Assembly (NCBI GenBank): GCA_016748015.1
Contig: JAAOMT010000694.1
Span: 124,001-188,000, forward strand
Direction: 5' to 3'
Length of the DNA: 64,000 nucleotides
Source of the DNA: Geosiphon pyriformis uo1
Taxonomy: Eukaryota > Fungi > Glomeromycota
The stretch's first letter is position 1. The number at the start of each line of letters is the position of its first letter. Made by a program: the position numbers and the translations under genes. Positions 48,930 to 60,654 of this stretch are shown piece by piece. Under the pieces are notes generated by a model. The model saw only the letters and a program-made list of their open reading frames with translations, was not told where the DNA came from and ran no database searches.

Positions 48930-51900
48930 ATATTTTATAAAGTTATTAAAGTTTAAAATTAGCCACTTTTATTATTAATTTTTAATTTTCAGATGCCAAT
49001 CAATTAGATTTTAGCCAATCAGCAATCATTAAAATTATGTTACCATGTGATAAATTATCAAAGTATTATCATTTTTAGAAAGGCTTTTAATTAATATTAA
49101 TCTAATCTTTAAATGATTACTTTTTTATAAAAATATAATATTTCTCAGTTTGCATGTCTTCTACTGATAACATGGTATTATTAATTATGAATATTTTATT
49201 CATATTACTATTATATTTGGTTGTCATTATTAAAACAGAAACTCAATATTGTTTACATTAGATACTAAAAAAATTGTAAAAGTACTATGAGCAATTGTTA
49301 AAGAATTTGGAAATGTTATTTGTGCTCTATTTGTAACCTTGTATCCCTTTTAATAAACATCAAAAACAACCAGCTTTGGTGTTGAGAACAGCAGATTTAA
49401 GACAAAAATTAGAATAATTGTGACATAATTGGCTATTAGCCTAAAAGTAATACTGTAAGTAAAATTTTTAGTATTAAGAGACATTACAAAAAATTAATTA
49501 CTTATTTTAACTTTTATATCTTAAAACAAAGATACAGCTTAAATTTTATGAAAAAATTAATGTAATTAATTTTTTAATAAATGGACTCTGCAGTAAATTA
49601 TAAATGGCTTATCTTTTTTGCAGTATTATATACTATAATATTTGAAACACATGTCTTAGAGTGGACAATACTATTTGATAGCTTGGTAGATATCTTTAAT
49701 TTGTTTTTATCTGTGGTTAAAAAAGTCTGCCAAATACTTTTGTAAACACTATAATTGTTAACTTTCATGTAATTTTTAGGTTTTTTTGTATAGTAAGTTC
49801 AATATCTGTCTTATTATCTAATGTTTAATTAATAATTTATATTTTATTAAAGTTGGTTTCCTCTTTTACATGTTTGTTTTTATTATGTAGATATATTAGT
49901 TTAGGCAAATATAAGGTTTTTTTGGAGATTTTGGAATAAAGTCTTCAAAATAGATCAGAAGAACTGGATAAAGTAATGTTATAGTCAAAAACAATTAATC
50001 ATATAACTTGACCATTAAATTAGACAAAATATATAGCTGGCTGATATTGTATTATCCAAAACTCTAATTTTCAACTTTATTTTCCCAAATGTTCTATTCT
50101 GCATATGCTGATTTTCAAAGACATTTGTCAGTTTTTGTTGTTGTATAGTGACATATGATGAAGAAGATATGAATGAAAAAAAAATTTGTTTATTTCAAGT
50201 TTTTGACATATTATCAAATGGTTTTTAATTAAGAATATGCTGTATAAAAAAAATCAAAGCAGATTTTGCTGAAAAACTTTCTATAATTTATGATGTTAAA
50301 TAATGTATTATGTATATTAATATAACTTTAAACACAAGAAGAGTATTTTCTCAATCATTAATAGTAGTAAAAAATTTTAATGCCACCATATATAAAGATT
50401 CATATACATAGATATTATTGTCATCAAATTTTTCAAAATATTCTATAAATAAATTTCATGAAATTAATTATATAATAATTTCAAAACAAATGTTATTTCT
50501 CAAACATAATCTTTATGTACATAATATAACATTTTCTTACAATATTTTACAACATATGTTCTTTAATGACCAATGTTTTGAACACTTTTTTTTTGTAAAA
50601 TTTTAGGAATAGATTGTGTTTTATCTGATAAGAAAAATAATTAAAAGCTTAAAAATGTAAAACATAAAAGTAGTATTCATAATTAAAAATTAACTTGATC
50701 AGATTTGAAAAAAAAATCTATAAATCATTTTTGCAATCTATAAAAGATAAAAAACAGTAAGCAACTTTAAAAATTTTGACTAGTATTATTTTTATTATAA
50801 TATGAATACTTATTTTGAATTCACAAATAACTTTTTAATAATTATAATATTATATTTTAAAGAATTGCTTAGATTTAAAAATATACAAAATTCTTTGTAA
50901 TAAAGATTTCTGGTTAAATTTAATATTTAAATGATAAATTATACCAAAGAGAAATATAATAACTAAAATACCTATTATGTATTTAATTTAATTATAATTT
51001 AGTTTTAGAATTAGTTTCTTAGACTATAAAAAGAATTTTAATTGTTGAATATTTCAACAACTTATTAGAATATAATATATAATAGCTTATTATAATAATC
51101 AAAAAACTTATATTAGTTGATGTTAATTTAGAAGAATCAAGTTGGAATTAAAAAATCTTTGGCTTTATCTTAATTAAGAGAACTAAAATTGTCTTAAAGC
51201 TTATAATCTTAAATAACTCTTTTTTGTTAATATTGTACATTTTTTAATAAGTTTATTTTGATACAAAAAATATATAAAACATATTAATTTAAGTAGATAA
51301 AACCCAAATTTTTTTATAAAGGCTTAATAAATTTCTTACTTATAAGAATTTGACATCTTTGAAAATGTGTAAATTATTATTAAAATACATGGCATTTTCA
51401 AAATCAATTGCAAGTTCTAATTGAATTCATAAATAAATAATATTTTTTTCAAATTTTCTGTTAATATAATATAAAAAACATATGTTAAATGTTAAACAAC
51501 TAGTGGAAAAGAAGTGCATAGTACTAACCTTAATTATATTTAAGGATCTTGGCTCTTTAATCACATTATCCATAAATAATTCAGCATATTGTTGACTACT
51601 AAATATGAAAATGAGAGATCACAACTAGGCTGTAATACTAAAATTGAAATCTATATTAAATATTCTTACTTACTATCTTTTTGATCAACAATCATTTGCA
51701 ATAAATCTTTTATCAGTTCTGAAAGATTTGCTTCAATTTAAAAATTAAATTTTTTTTGAATTGGTTATTTAATTATCAATGTTAGACTTTTTTGCCCAAA
51801 TTTTTTGTCATAAGTCAAAAAAATTTTTGTGATAACTATTTTTATTGATGTTACCTGAATTTTCAACTCAAATGATTTCCTTAATTCCAATAAAAAAATT

Positions 51901-53561
51901 TTTTTAATGAATACTAAAAGAGCTTTTTTTGATTGCTTCTTATTCAGAACTACATAACAGAAATTAAAATTTAAATTGGAACCAAAGAAATTTAAAGAAT
52001 ATATATATACTTAAATTAAAAATACTATTTCCATTGTGATACAATTTTGTTGTATAATATTACATGGTTTAAATTCTTTAATTCTGTCCAAGCACCAATT
52101 ACACATTAGATTAATATTACATTACATAAAAAAATGCCACTTTATTCTAAAGAAAAAAGAAAAATTAAAGATCAAGTTAGAAATACAAAAGAATCATATA
52201 AAAAAACACATCATACTACTTTAATAAATAATTATGATATTAAAGTAAATGAATTTAACAAACTAGATGTTAGTAATAAAAAGTAAATAACAATAATAAC
52301 AGTAAATAAAAGGATACAGAAGATATAGAAACTGTAATTAAAATAAATACAAAATTAAAAAAACTCAGTTTAGTATGAAAAATGACAATTATCTAGAAAA
52401 AAAGATGTAAGATTCTTACATAACAAAAAAAATACCAAAGTCAATCTATTATAATAAATATAGACCAAATGATTTATTCACCAAAACAGCAGTCAAAATT
52501 AAAAAAATTACCACTTTTTTAATATTAGTAATGCTCAAATTACAGACTTATAATGGCCCAAATCTAATGAATCTTCAAGCAATTCAGAAAATAAGATTAA
52601 TTCATATGCTAATCAAATAAAAAAAAAGCAAAAGTTAAAAGAACATTTAGAAAAACAACATACTCAGTTAACTGTTTTCAAATATAATTAAAAAAAGCCA
52701 TTTTTGAATATTTTATTTTGTTAAATAATAATAATAGACATAGAAAAATTAATGCCAGTTTGAAAATTGTCTAAAAAATTTTTATTGATGATAGTGTATA
52801 GAAAGCACAAAAAATTTGATATTTTGTAAAGTATTGGTTGCTTAATGATAAGCTTTCAATATTAAAACATAAAAAACACCAAAAAATAATTAGAATAATT
52901 AATAATGAAGACATTGTGAAAAGATGTTATATTTGAATTAGAAACCAAAACTTCAATGTTATTCCAGCCACATTTAAAAAATTCATCAAACATGAATTGT
53001 TTTCTAATATTGGAATAATGAAAAAAAAAACTATTAGTCTTATAACTGCAATAAAATGGCTCAAAATTCTTGGTTATTTATTCTAACAACATTATCAAGG
53101 CTTATATTATGATAAACATAAAAAAAATAATGTCTTGAAATCTTAAAAAAAAATTTAGAAAAAATATATGAGCATAAAAAATATATGTCAAAATATAAAA
53201 GTGAATTTATAAATTGAATATGTTCTAATTTATTTAATAAAGAAAAAGAAAGAGTTTTTGTAGTCCATAATAAATGCATCTTTTATTCAAATAATGATAA
53301 GCATGGCATATAAGCTAAGCATAAAAATTTGTTACTAAGAAAAAAAAAATAGAAAATCAATAATAATCAGTAAATTTCTAACTAAAATTAATAGATGTTT
53401 ATATTTACAACAAAATAATATAGAAAACTATTTTAATATATCAGAAAAGACACAATGCTATTTACAATCTGGTATAAATTAAGATAGTTATTAAACAGCA
53501 AACTATTTTCTTAAACAAATTAAATATAAAGCAATTCCAATTTTTGAGAAATTATATCCAG

Positions 53562-56500
53562 TATTACTCATAAAAAATTAAGAAGTTTAATAATATAAAA
53601 AATAGCCAATTAAAAATAGGCATAGTAAAAAAAAATTGCAGGATTCTAGAAATTTCAGATTTTTTTTCAAAGAATTGCAGAATTCCAGGAATTTTAGGAT
53701 TCCTGATTAGAAGAATTAAAGGAATTTAAAGAATCTTGTATAACATTAATTATGTAAATATTGTTATGAGTTGGAATAACAAGCTAACAGATAGCAAGGG
53801 AGAACAAAATTGTAGGGTGATGGAAATAATCAAAGGAGATTCAACTTTAAAGAGCAAATTGAATGAGTATGAATTCAATGTGTAAGATCAGTCTCATAAA
53901 ATATCTCAGTCACTATTCTTTTTAAAAGATAACTGGAGAATCTAAAAGTAGAGAGATAGTCTGTATTGTTAACAAATGATTACACTTGGTATAATTTTAT
54001 GCCTTATATTGGCGCTTTTAGAATTCAATATCAAGTATCAAATGTGCTCTTCAGTCACGTTTTATTCAATAATTTTCAAATACTACACTTATACATTTCA
54101 GAAAAAAGGTAAGGAATAACCAATAAGTAATCTTTTATCTTTTAAGATGTTTAGATACTTGAAGGTAGAGAAAGGGAAATTAGTGATAAAAAAATGATTG
54201 AGATGAAAGCTTGTTATTTTATTTATTTGATTTCCTTGATTTTTTCATGTTTTTCTAAAGCTAAGAGATTCATCACTTATATAGCTGTCAAAAGTGGTCA
54301 ATAATCAGATCAATGATCAGGTCAATGGTTAGGTCATTGATCAGGTCAATGATCACTTTCTAAAAATAGTGTGGCTAATTTATGTGACATCAATGGCTAA
54401 TACATGTAATAATTAATAAGAAGTATAAGTTTCAACCATAACAATATAATAAGAGTATTAAAAACAGAAAAAGTCAGAATTCTATTAAAACAAAAATCCA
54501 AGTTAGCAATAACTAATTAACTAATATTTTTCTCTTCAAAAAATAGTTTTTTATAATTTAAAGCAGAATTATTAATATCAATAAACATACTTATTATTAT
54601 CTAATCCATGTTATTGTTGCTTAATTAACAAATCTTAATCAATTTTTTTACTATCAATAACTCATATTGATAGTTATTAATACTTAATTACACTAGACCA
54701 ATAATTCTTAATTATGACTATTGATAAGATACTAATTTTTTATTTTTTTTGTTATTTTCTTTTATTTTATTTTATTTTATTTGTTTACTAATTGATTAAG
54801 AAATAACATGTAAAGTTATCAACATTAAAAAAACTGGTTAAAGACCTAGAAAATAAGGATAGAAACTCAGAAATTAAGAATAGCTTACCAAAAAAAACTG
54901 GTCATTAAGCTGAGAAAAAAATTCACAGTAATTATTTCAGAAGAGTATTAATATTATAAAAAAACTGACCATTAAGCTAAGAAAAAAATTCATAGAACAA
55001 AGTTCCAGAAGAGTACTAAACAACTATTGAATTTTTGTTTATTATACAAAAAACTTCACCAAAACTTTCAGATCATGAAAATTTTCAGAAACCAATATTT
55101 ACCAATAGCTATTGAATACCATGTTATAAGTTTGTTATTTATTTGACCCACCCAAATAATTACCTGTAATATTTGGTACTTCTTGTAAAATATAATTCAA
55201 CAAAGAATCAGCACCAACAGCAATCATTTAGAACAGTGGCAGAATCAGAAGTAATAAAGACAAATCACTTAAGATTTGCAAAAGCCTTATTCTAATACTA
55301 TCAAACTTATTTTGGACTGACTAATAACCATTGGCCAACAGAATTAGCCTTTAATTTTTACATTAACAAAAAATTAAATCTTACTTGGAAGACCAAGAAA
55401 ATCTAGAAACCACACTCAAAAATTTCTATAATAAATTACTCTAAAACACCACTCTTTTACAGAATTATCTGTTTACTTTATTAATCACAGAGATAAATAG
55501 AGAAATTAAGAAACACACTCAACAGAATTTTCTTATTATCTTTGTAAACAATAAAAGAAAAAAATTACAAACCTTTATAAAAACATCAAGAAAAATACAA
55601 CCACCTATTTGGAAGAAATCAAGAGTTATTTTATTTATTCATCCATTATATTACTACATATTAGGAAGTACTATCTATATACTATTTAGATTCATATTAC
55701 AACTAATAGCAAAAACACCAATAATATAAGTACTATTTCAAATAACCAAAAAAAAGCCAGATTATTAAGAATCTACAGTAATTTTTTGAAAGATTTAAAT
55801 TGCAACCAACAATTCCATTAAGACTTTGATTATTGCCACCTTAATCAGATTTTAGAGTCATTAATCCTTGGAAAAGAACTGACTTAGAAGAAAAGAAAAA
55901 CAATAATCAAGAATTTAATTATTAAAATCCGATTTTAAAAAACTTGAAAATACAAACTCTGATTGTTTCAACTTAGCAAAACCCAATCAATTCAAACCTG
56001 CTTCTATTGTTTCTTAAAACTTACCTACAGTAATTTTAATTAATTTACCATCAATTGTATTATGTGTTATTTAACAACAAGCTTAGCAACAACAACTTTA
56101 GCAGCAACTACTACAACAACTGTTATTAATAATATACACACTAATTGTTAAATTAAAGAAATTTACAGACAAAGAAAACAATGTTTAAGTCTTGTTAAAT
56201 AATATTACTAAAGCCATTACAGCCAATAATTAAAATAATGCTAGAGCTTTTTAGGCAATCCTATATTTCTTATAAAATACTATTAACTTATAATATCAAA
56301 GCTTAATCCAGAAACCCCAAAAATTTAATGCCTTTAAAACTGAGTTTCTAAGATATTTTAGTAATAATAACAGCATTAATTGTTTGACAACTGCCTTTAC
56401 TACTATTAAGCAAAAAAATACTGAAGCAGTTACTATATACTTAAGATGCTTTTACAAAAATCTGTGCCAAATACAAGTAATTGATGTGAATTATTTCATA

Positions 56501-57275
56501 CTGCCACAAATTTTAAACCAATTTATTCATAAACTGCATAATAATTTTTTACAATGTGTAGACTTATTATATCTACAAATGCTCTAAGATGCAATTATAC
56601 ACACCTGAAATTTTGAATTAGCTAAACTTAAAGCTAATTATGCCCAAGTTATTAATTTAGTGATGAACAAATTATCTGATTTAAACTTGAAATTAAAACA
56701 ATTTAGTGATTCCATTAATCAAAAATTAAAGAGATACTTAGCTAACAATCAAGTTATTTATTAGCCTTTATATTATCATAACAATCAAGAAAACTCCAAT
56801 TATTTCCAAAATTAATTACATTCATTATTATTATCAACATCAAATTAACTATGACAACAGAAAACATATAATTGTTACCATTGTGGTAAACAAAAACATT
56901 TACAAATAGACTGCCAATTAAGATTAAATAACCAATGATCAAAAAATCAATATTGAAACTCTGATTGCTGATTCTAAACTCCAAATTACAATCCAAATCA
57001 AGACCAATATCAGCTTTATTACACCTAAATAATACAATAACCAATATATATATTTCTAATCTATCAAACTTCAACACCAATAATATATTAACCATAGCCA
57101 CAAATCATTTATCAATTGCAACAACTTCAAATACTGCCACAAAACTCAACTTAAATGGCACTTAATAACCCAAGACTAATACACATTCAACAAAACTAAA
57201 GATTGATGATAGTTGTTTATTAATTGATTTTTAGTTCATTAAGCCAATTATCAGAATTACACCAGTGGAGTTTAA
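53562..57275 (+). mobile_element. Truncated Gypsy B2: 5' LTR (53562-55171, containing a C solo LTR), PBS 55174-55183, decayed gag
   Basis: LTR homologous to B0/B1. tggtacttct PBS. Gag GTG-GCA-GAA-TCA (55236)...FKTEFLRYFSNNNSIN, colinear with B1. Confidence 0.85.
53762..54443 (-). repeat. C-family solo LTR
   Basis: tgttatgag...ccataaca; perfect TSD ATAT (53758-53761, 54444-54447). Confidence 0.93.
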
Positions 57276-58099
57276 TGTTACAAGTAATTATTTAAGATGT
57301 TAATACAAATAACAAACTCATAATTTAATACTTAATAACTGTTGATAATATTAGTTTCTGAAAGTTTTTATGATCTGAAGATTTTGGTTGAATTTTTTGT
57401 ATAATAGACAGAAATTTAAGTATTGTTCAATAGTCTTCTAGAATGTTTATTTTATCAATTTTTTTCTTCAGCATAGTGGTCAGTTTATTCTAGCAGTTAT
57501 GCTTTTCTGATAAGTTATCCTTAATTTTTGAGTTCTATATTCTTATTTTTGGGTCTTTTACTAGGCTATTCTTAATGTCAATGTATTTAATGCTTAATTC
57601 CTTTAATTAGTTAGTAAACACAAAAGCAAATAAAAAATAAAAAATAAAAAATAAAAAATAAAAAATAAAAAAAATAAAAATTAATATTTTGTTAATAACC
57701 ATGATTAAGAGTTATTGGTTCAGTATAGTTAAGTATAGAATATTATTAACATGGAGTGTTAATAATAAAAAAATAATTAATATTTCTTAATTAAATAATG
57801 ATAACATGGATTTAGACAATAATAAGTATTTTATTAATATTTAATGATTTTATTTTAAGTTATAAAATACTATGTTTTTTTGAAGAGAGTGGTAATAGAA
57901 TAATTAGTTATTGTTAACTTAAATTCTGAACTGTTTTCTCTGTTTCTAATACTCTTGTTATATAAGATTTCTTGGATTTCTTTAATTTTTTAGCCAAAAA
58001 TTCTGAATTTTCTAGAATTTTAATATTCCTTTTTTACTATGTCTATTTTTAATTGGCTATTTTATATACTATTCTAATTCCTAAATTTTATAAGTAACA
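57276..58099 (-). repeat. B-family LTR in reverse orientation with non-matching flanks
   Basis: tgttacaag...aagtaaca; reverse complement aligns to the B2 LTR. Flanks TTAA and CCAT. Confidence 0.85.
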
Positions 58100-58329
58100 C
58101 CATATTTGTTTTTGATAATAGCTCTAATTATATACTATTTAGTAAAAATGCTTTAATTGCAAACAGAATGAATTTAAGTCCAAATGGAAAGCAATCATTA
58201 ATGTAAGATACTTTTTTTGGATTAAATAATTAATTACAATTAATAATCTTCTTAAAAACATATTCAAATAAAAAACTTTGAGGATTGCCTAAAAAAATTA
58301 AACAAGTATTAATAGAATAAAGAAAATAA

Positions 58330-59298
58330 TGTTACTAAAGATTTTTGGTCTCTTTTCTTAAATATTGTTAATGTCTGTTTATTGTGAATTCACGTTTTTT
58401 GGAAGTAGTTAAACCTCTGATAACTGAATTTATCTTCAATTATCTTCTATACTTTGAACTGCTGGGCTTATAAATGGAATAGCCAATTCTATGCCAGTTA
58501 TTTTGTATAGTTATATTGTAGTAAATGTTAACTTTTTCTTAAGAATTGCTTGTTTGAAAGCTTACTAAAATGTGTAATTACTTTGCTGTAAAAGTTAACT
58601 CTTCTACAGAAATCTTATCTGTAGGCTATCTTAATACTTATAATAAGAAAATAAAATAAAATAAAAAAAATGTAAAAAAAATAGAAATTCTGTTAAGAGA
58701 AATGTTTTCTATCCAGACTTGAAGTTACTAACAGATTATTGAAATTAGTAGCTAATTAATTTTAAAATATTAGTTGGGTTTTTTTTTGTGAATTTTAAGT
58801 ATAATAATTAAGGATTTGGTTTTTGAATATTTAATTTTTATTTAATTTTATAAGAATATATAAGAGATGATTTGTTCTAATTAAGATATCTGAAATAAGA
58901 TATTATGATAAAATATATTTTCTTGAAAAGAGAAGTTTTTCTTTTATACAACTTGTTATAGTACTAATCTTTGAACTTGCACTTTTCTTTTTGCTATAAT
59001 TTCGGTAAACTAAAGATATATTTTGGTAAACTACAAGTTATTTTTACAAATTATTGATTATTTCGGCCAATTTTTATTAATTTTGGCGAATTTTTGAATA
59101 TTAAATAGTTTAGGGTATTGTTTAATTTGATTATCTTAATTTCTATAGTACAAATTAAGCTATTAATTGAATAATAATATTTGATAATTTGATTAAATAA
59201 TAAGTGATAATTAAAATGATAATAATATATATTAATTAATAATAAGAATCATAAAGATAATTTCATGCTAATCAATAGTTAAAATTCTACTGGTAACA
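58330..59298 (-). repeat. A'-family solo LTR
   Basis: tgttactaa...ctggtaaca. Flanks ATAA/ATAG; ancestral ATGG would restore K-W-P in the transposase. Confidence 0.9.
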
Positions 59299-60654
59299 AT
59301 AGCCATCAAAAAAATTAGTATTAGAATGCCAAAAATGCAAAGAAAAAATCAAAGATTCTTTAAAAGTTTTTTGTTGTACATGTTAAGTAATATCTTTGAA
59401 ATCTGATTTTCTTGCTTAAAAAAATGCAATTGAAGAATTAATTAAAAGTATGGGACATAAGTGCATTTTTTCGAAAATTTTATTGTGAATTAAATTTTAT
59501 TGAAAGATATTGAAAAGTTACTAAAAAATATGTACATAACAAATGCAATTATTTATGGAAAGGATTACAAAAAACAGTGCTTAAAAGTCTTGAATTAGTA
59601 TCTTTAATAACTATTAGATGATTTTCCAAAAAATATTGGTGTTATATAAATCTTTATAGAAAAGATTTTAGTGGAAAATTAGTAAATCTTATAAAAAAAT
59701 TAGATAAATTAAATAATATTCAAAATTTGTAATACTGTATTTGGTTTTATATTAAAATTTAATAAAAGTTTATTTTTTATTATAAATAATATATTAAAAA
59801 CACATGTATATTAACCAATAAAATTTAATTATATAAATAAAAACACATGAAGATCATCATTTAAAATTTCGGACTGATTTACATTTTTGATAATTATAAA
59901 TAGTTTGCAATATAAGTAAAAAAATATTATTAAATATAAAAATAAAAACAATATAATTTTAATTATTATAAAAATTAAATTAAAAATAAATATTAAATTA
60001 TAAATTATAAACAAGTTTAATAAGATTCATATTTTTACTTTAAATATAAACTTAAATTTTTTGGGTTTTAATATAATAATTATTATAAATAGCAGTTGGC
60101 CAAATATGTTTTTAAGATATTAGAAATTCTAAATTAATTTTTGTTAATTTGCTTAATTTTTAAAAACAAACAATTAATTATTATTCTTAAATTATATACA
60201 AGTTTTTTTTTAAAAATTAAATTAAATTAGACTTTAAATATTAATTTTTTTATTATTAAAACAGTTAATATTAGTGTTTATATAGTTTTAAATAGTAATT
60301 TTAATAAAAATAATAACAAATATAATATTAACTTTAAAAAATACTCAAATTTGGATTTATGTAATTTTTTAACTAATTGTTTTATAGTCAAATTCTTATA
60401 TAGTATAATTTTAAAGATATAAAAAAGATTTTTAATTATGTTTTTAATAATTTATTGTTAAATATTATTATTAAAATATATATTTATAATATTTTAAATT
60501 TTTTAATATAAATTACAAAGTTATTTTAGTTTTAATTAACTTAAATAGTCTTTTTAATGCTTATTTAAATGCTGTATATAAGTAAATAAACAAAAATTAT
60601 TAGAAAAACAAATTCAAAAATACAGAAAATACCAAATAAAAATAGTTTAAAGAT

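Larger units (their letters stand above)
52134..59700 (+). pseudogene. Decayed Tc1/mariner/IS630-like DDE transposase in three pieces (52134-53561, 58100-58329, 59299-~59700)
   Basis: TAIKWLKILGY..QGLYYDKH; VVHNKCIFYSN (first catalytic D, HDE-type); IFVFDNSSN (second D); KFYCELNFIERY* (LN.IE..W, catalytic E). Pieces are separated by LTR insertions. Outer ends approximate; TIRs not identified. Confidence 0.75.

Noticed and set aside
48934-52130. Possible host gene or decayed coding sequence in an AT-rich interval
   Set aside because: No ORF over about 65 aa and no motif I can recognise. May be an old transposon relic; needs tBLASTx.
57628-57680. (AAAAAT)n microsatellite
   Set aside because: It is the decayed T-rich tract of the inverted B LTR, not an independent feature.
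53558-58103. CCAG/CCAT as TSD of a TIR-type composite transposon
   Set aside because: Collapsing it as a duplication leaves the transposase out of frame; a small deletion fits better.
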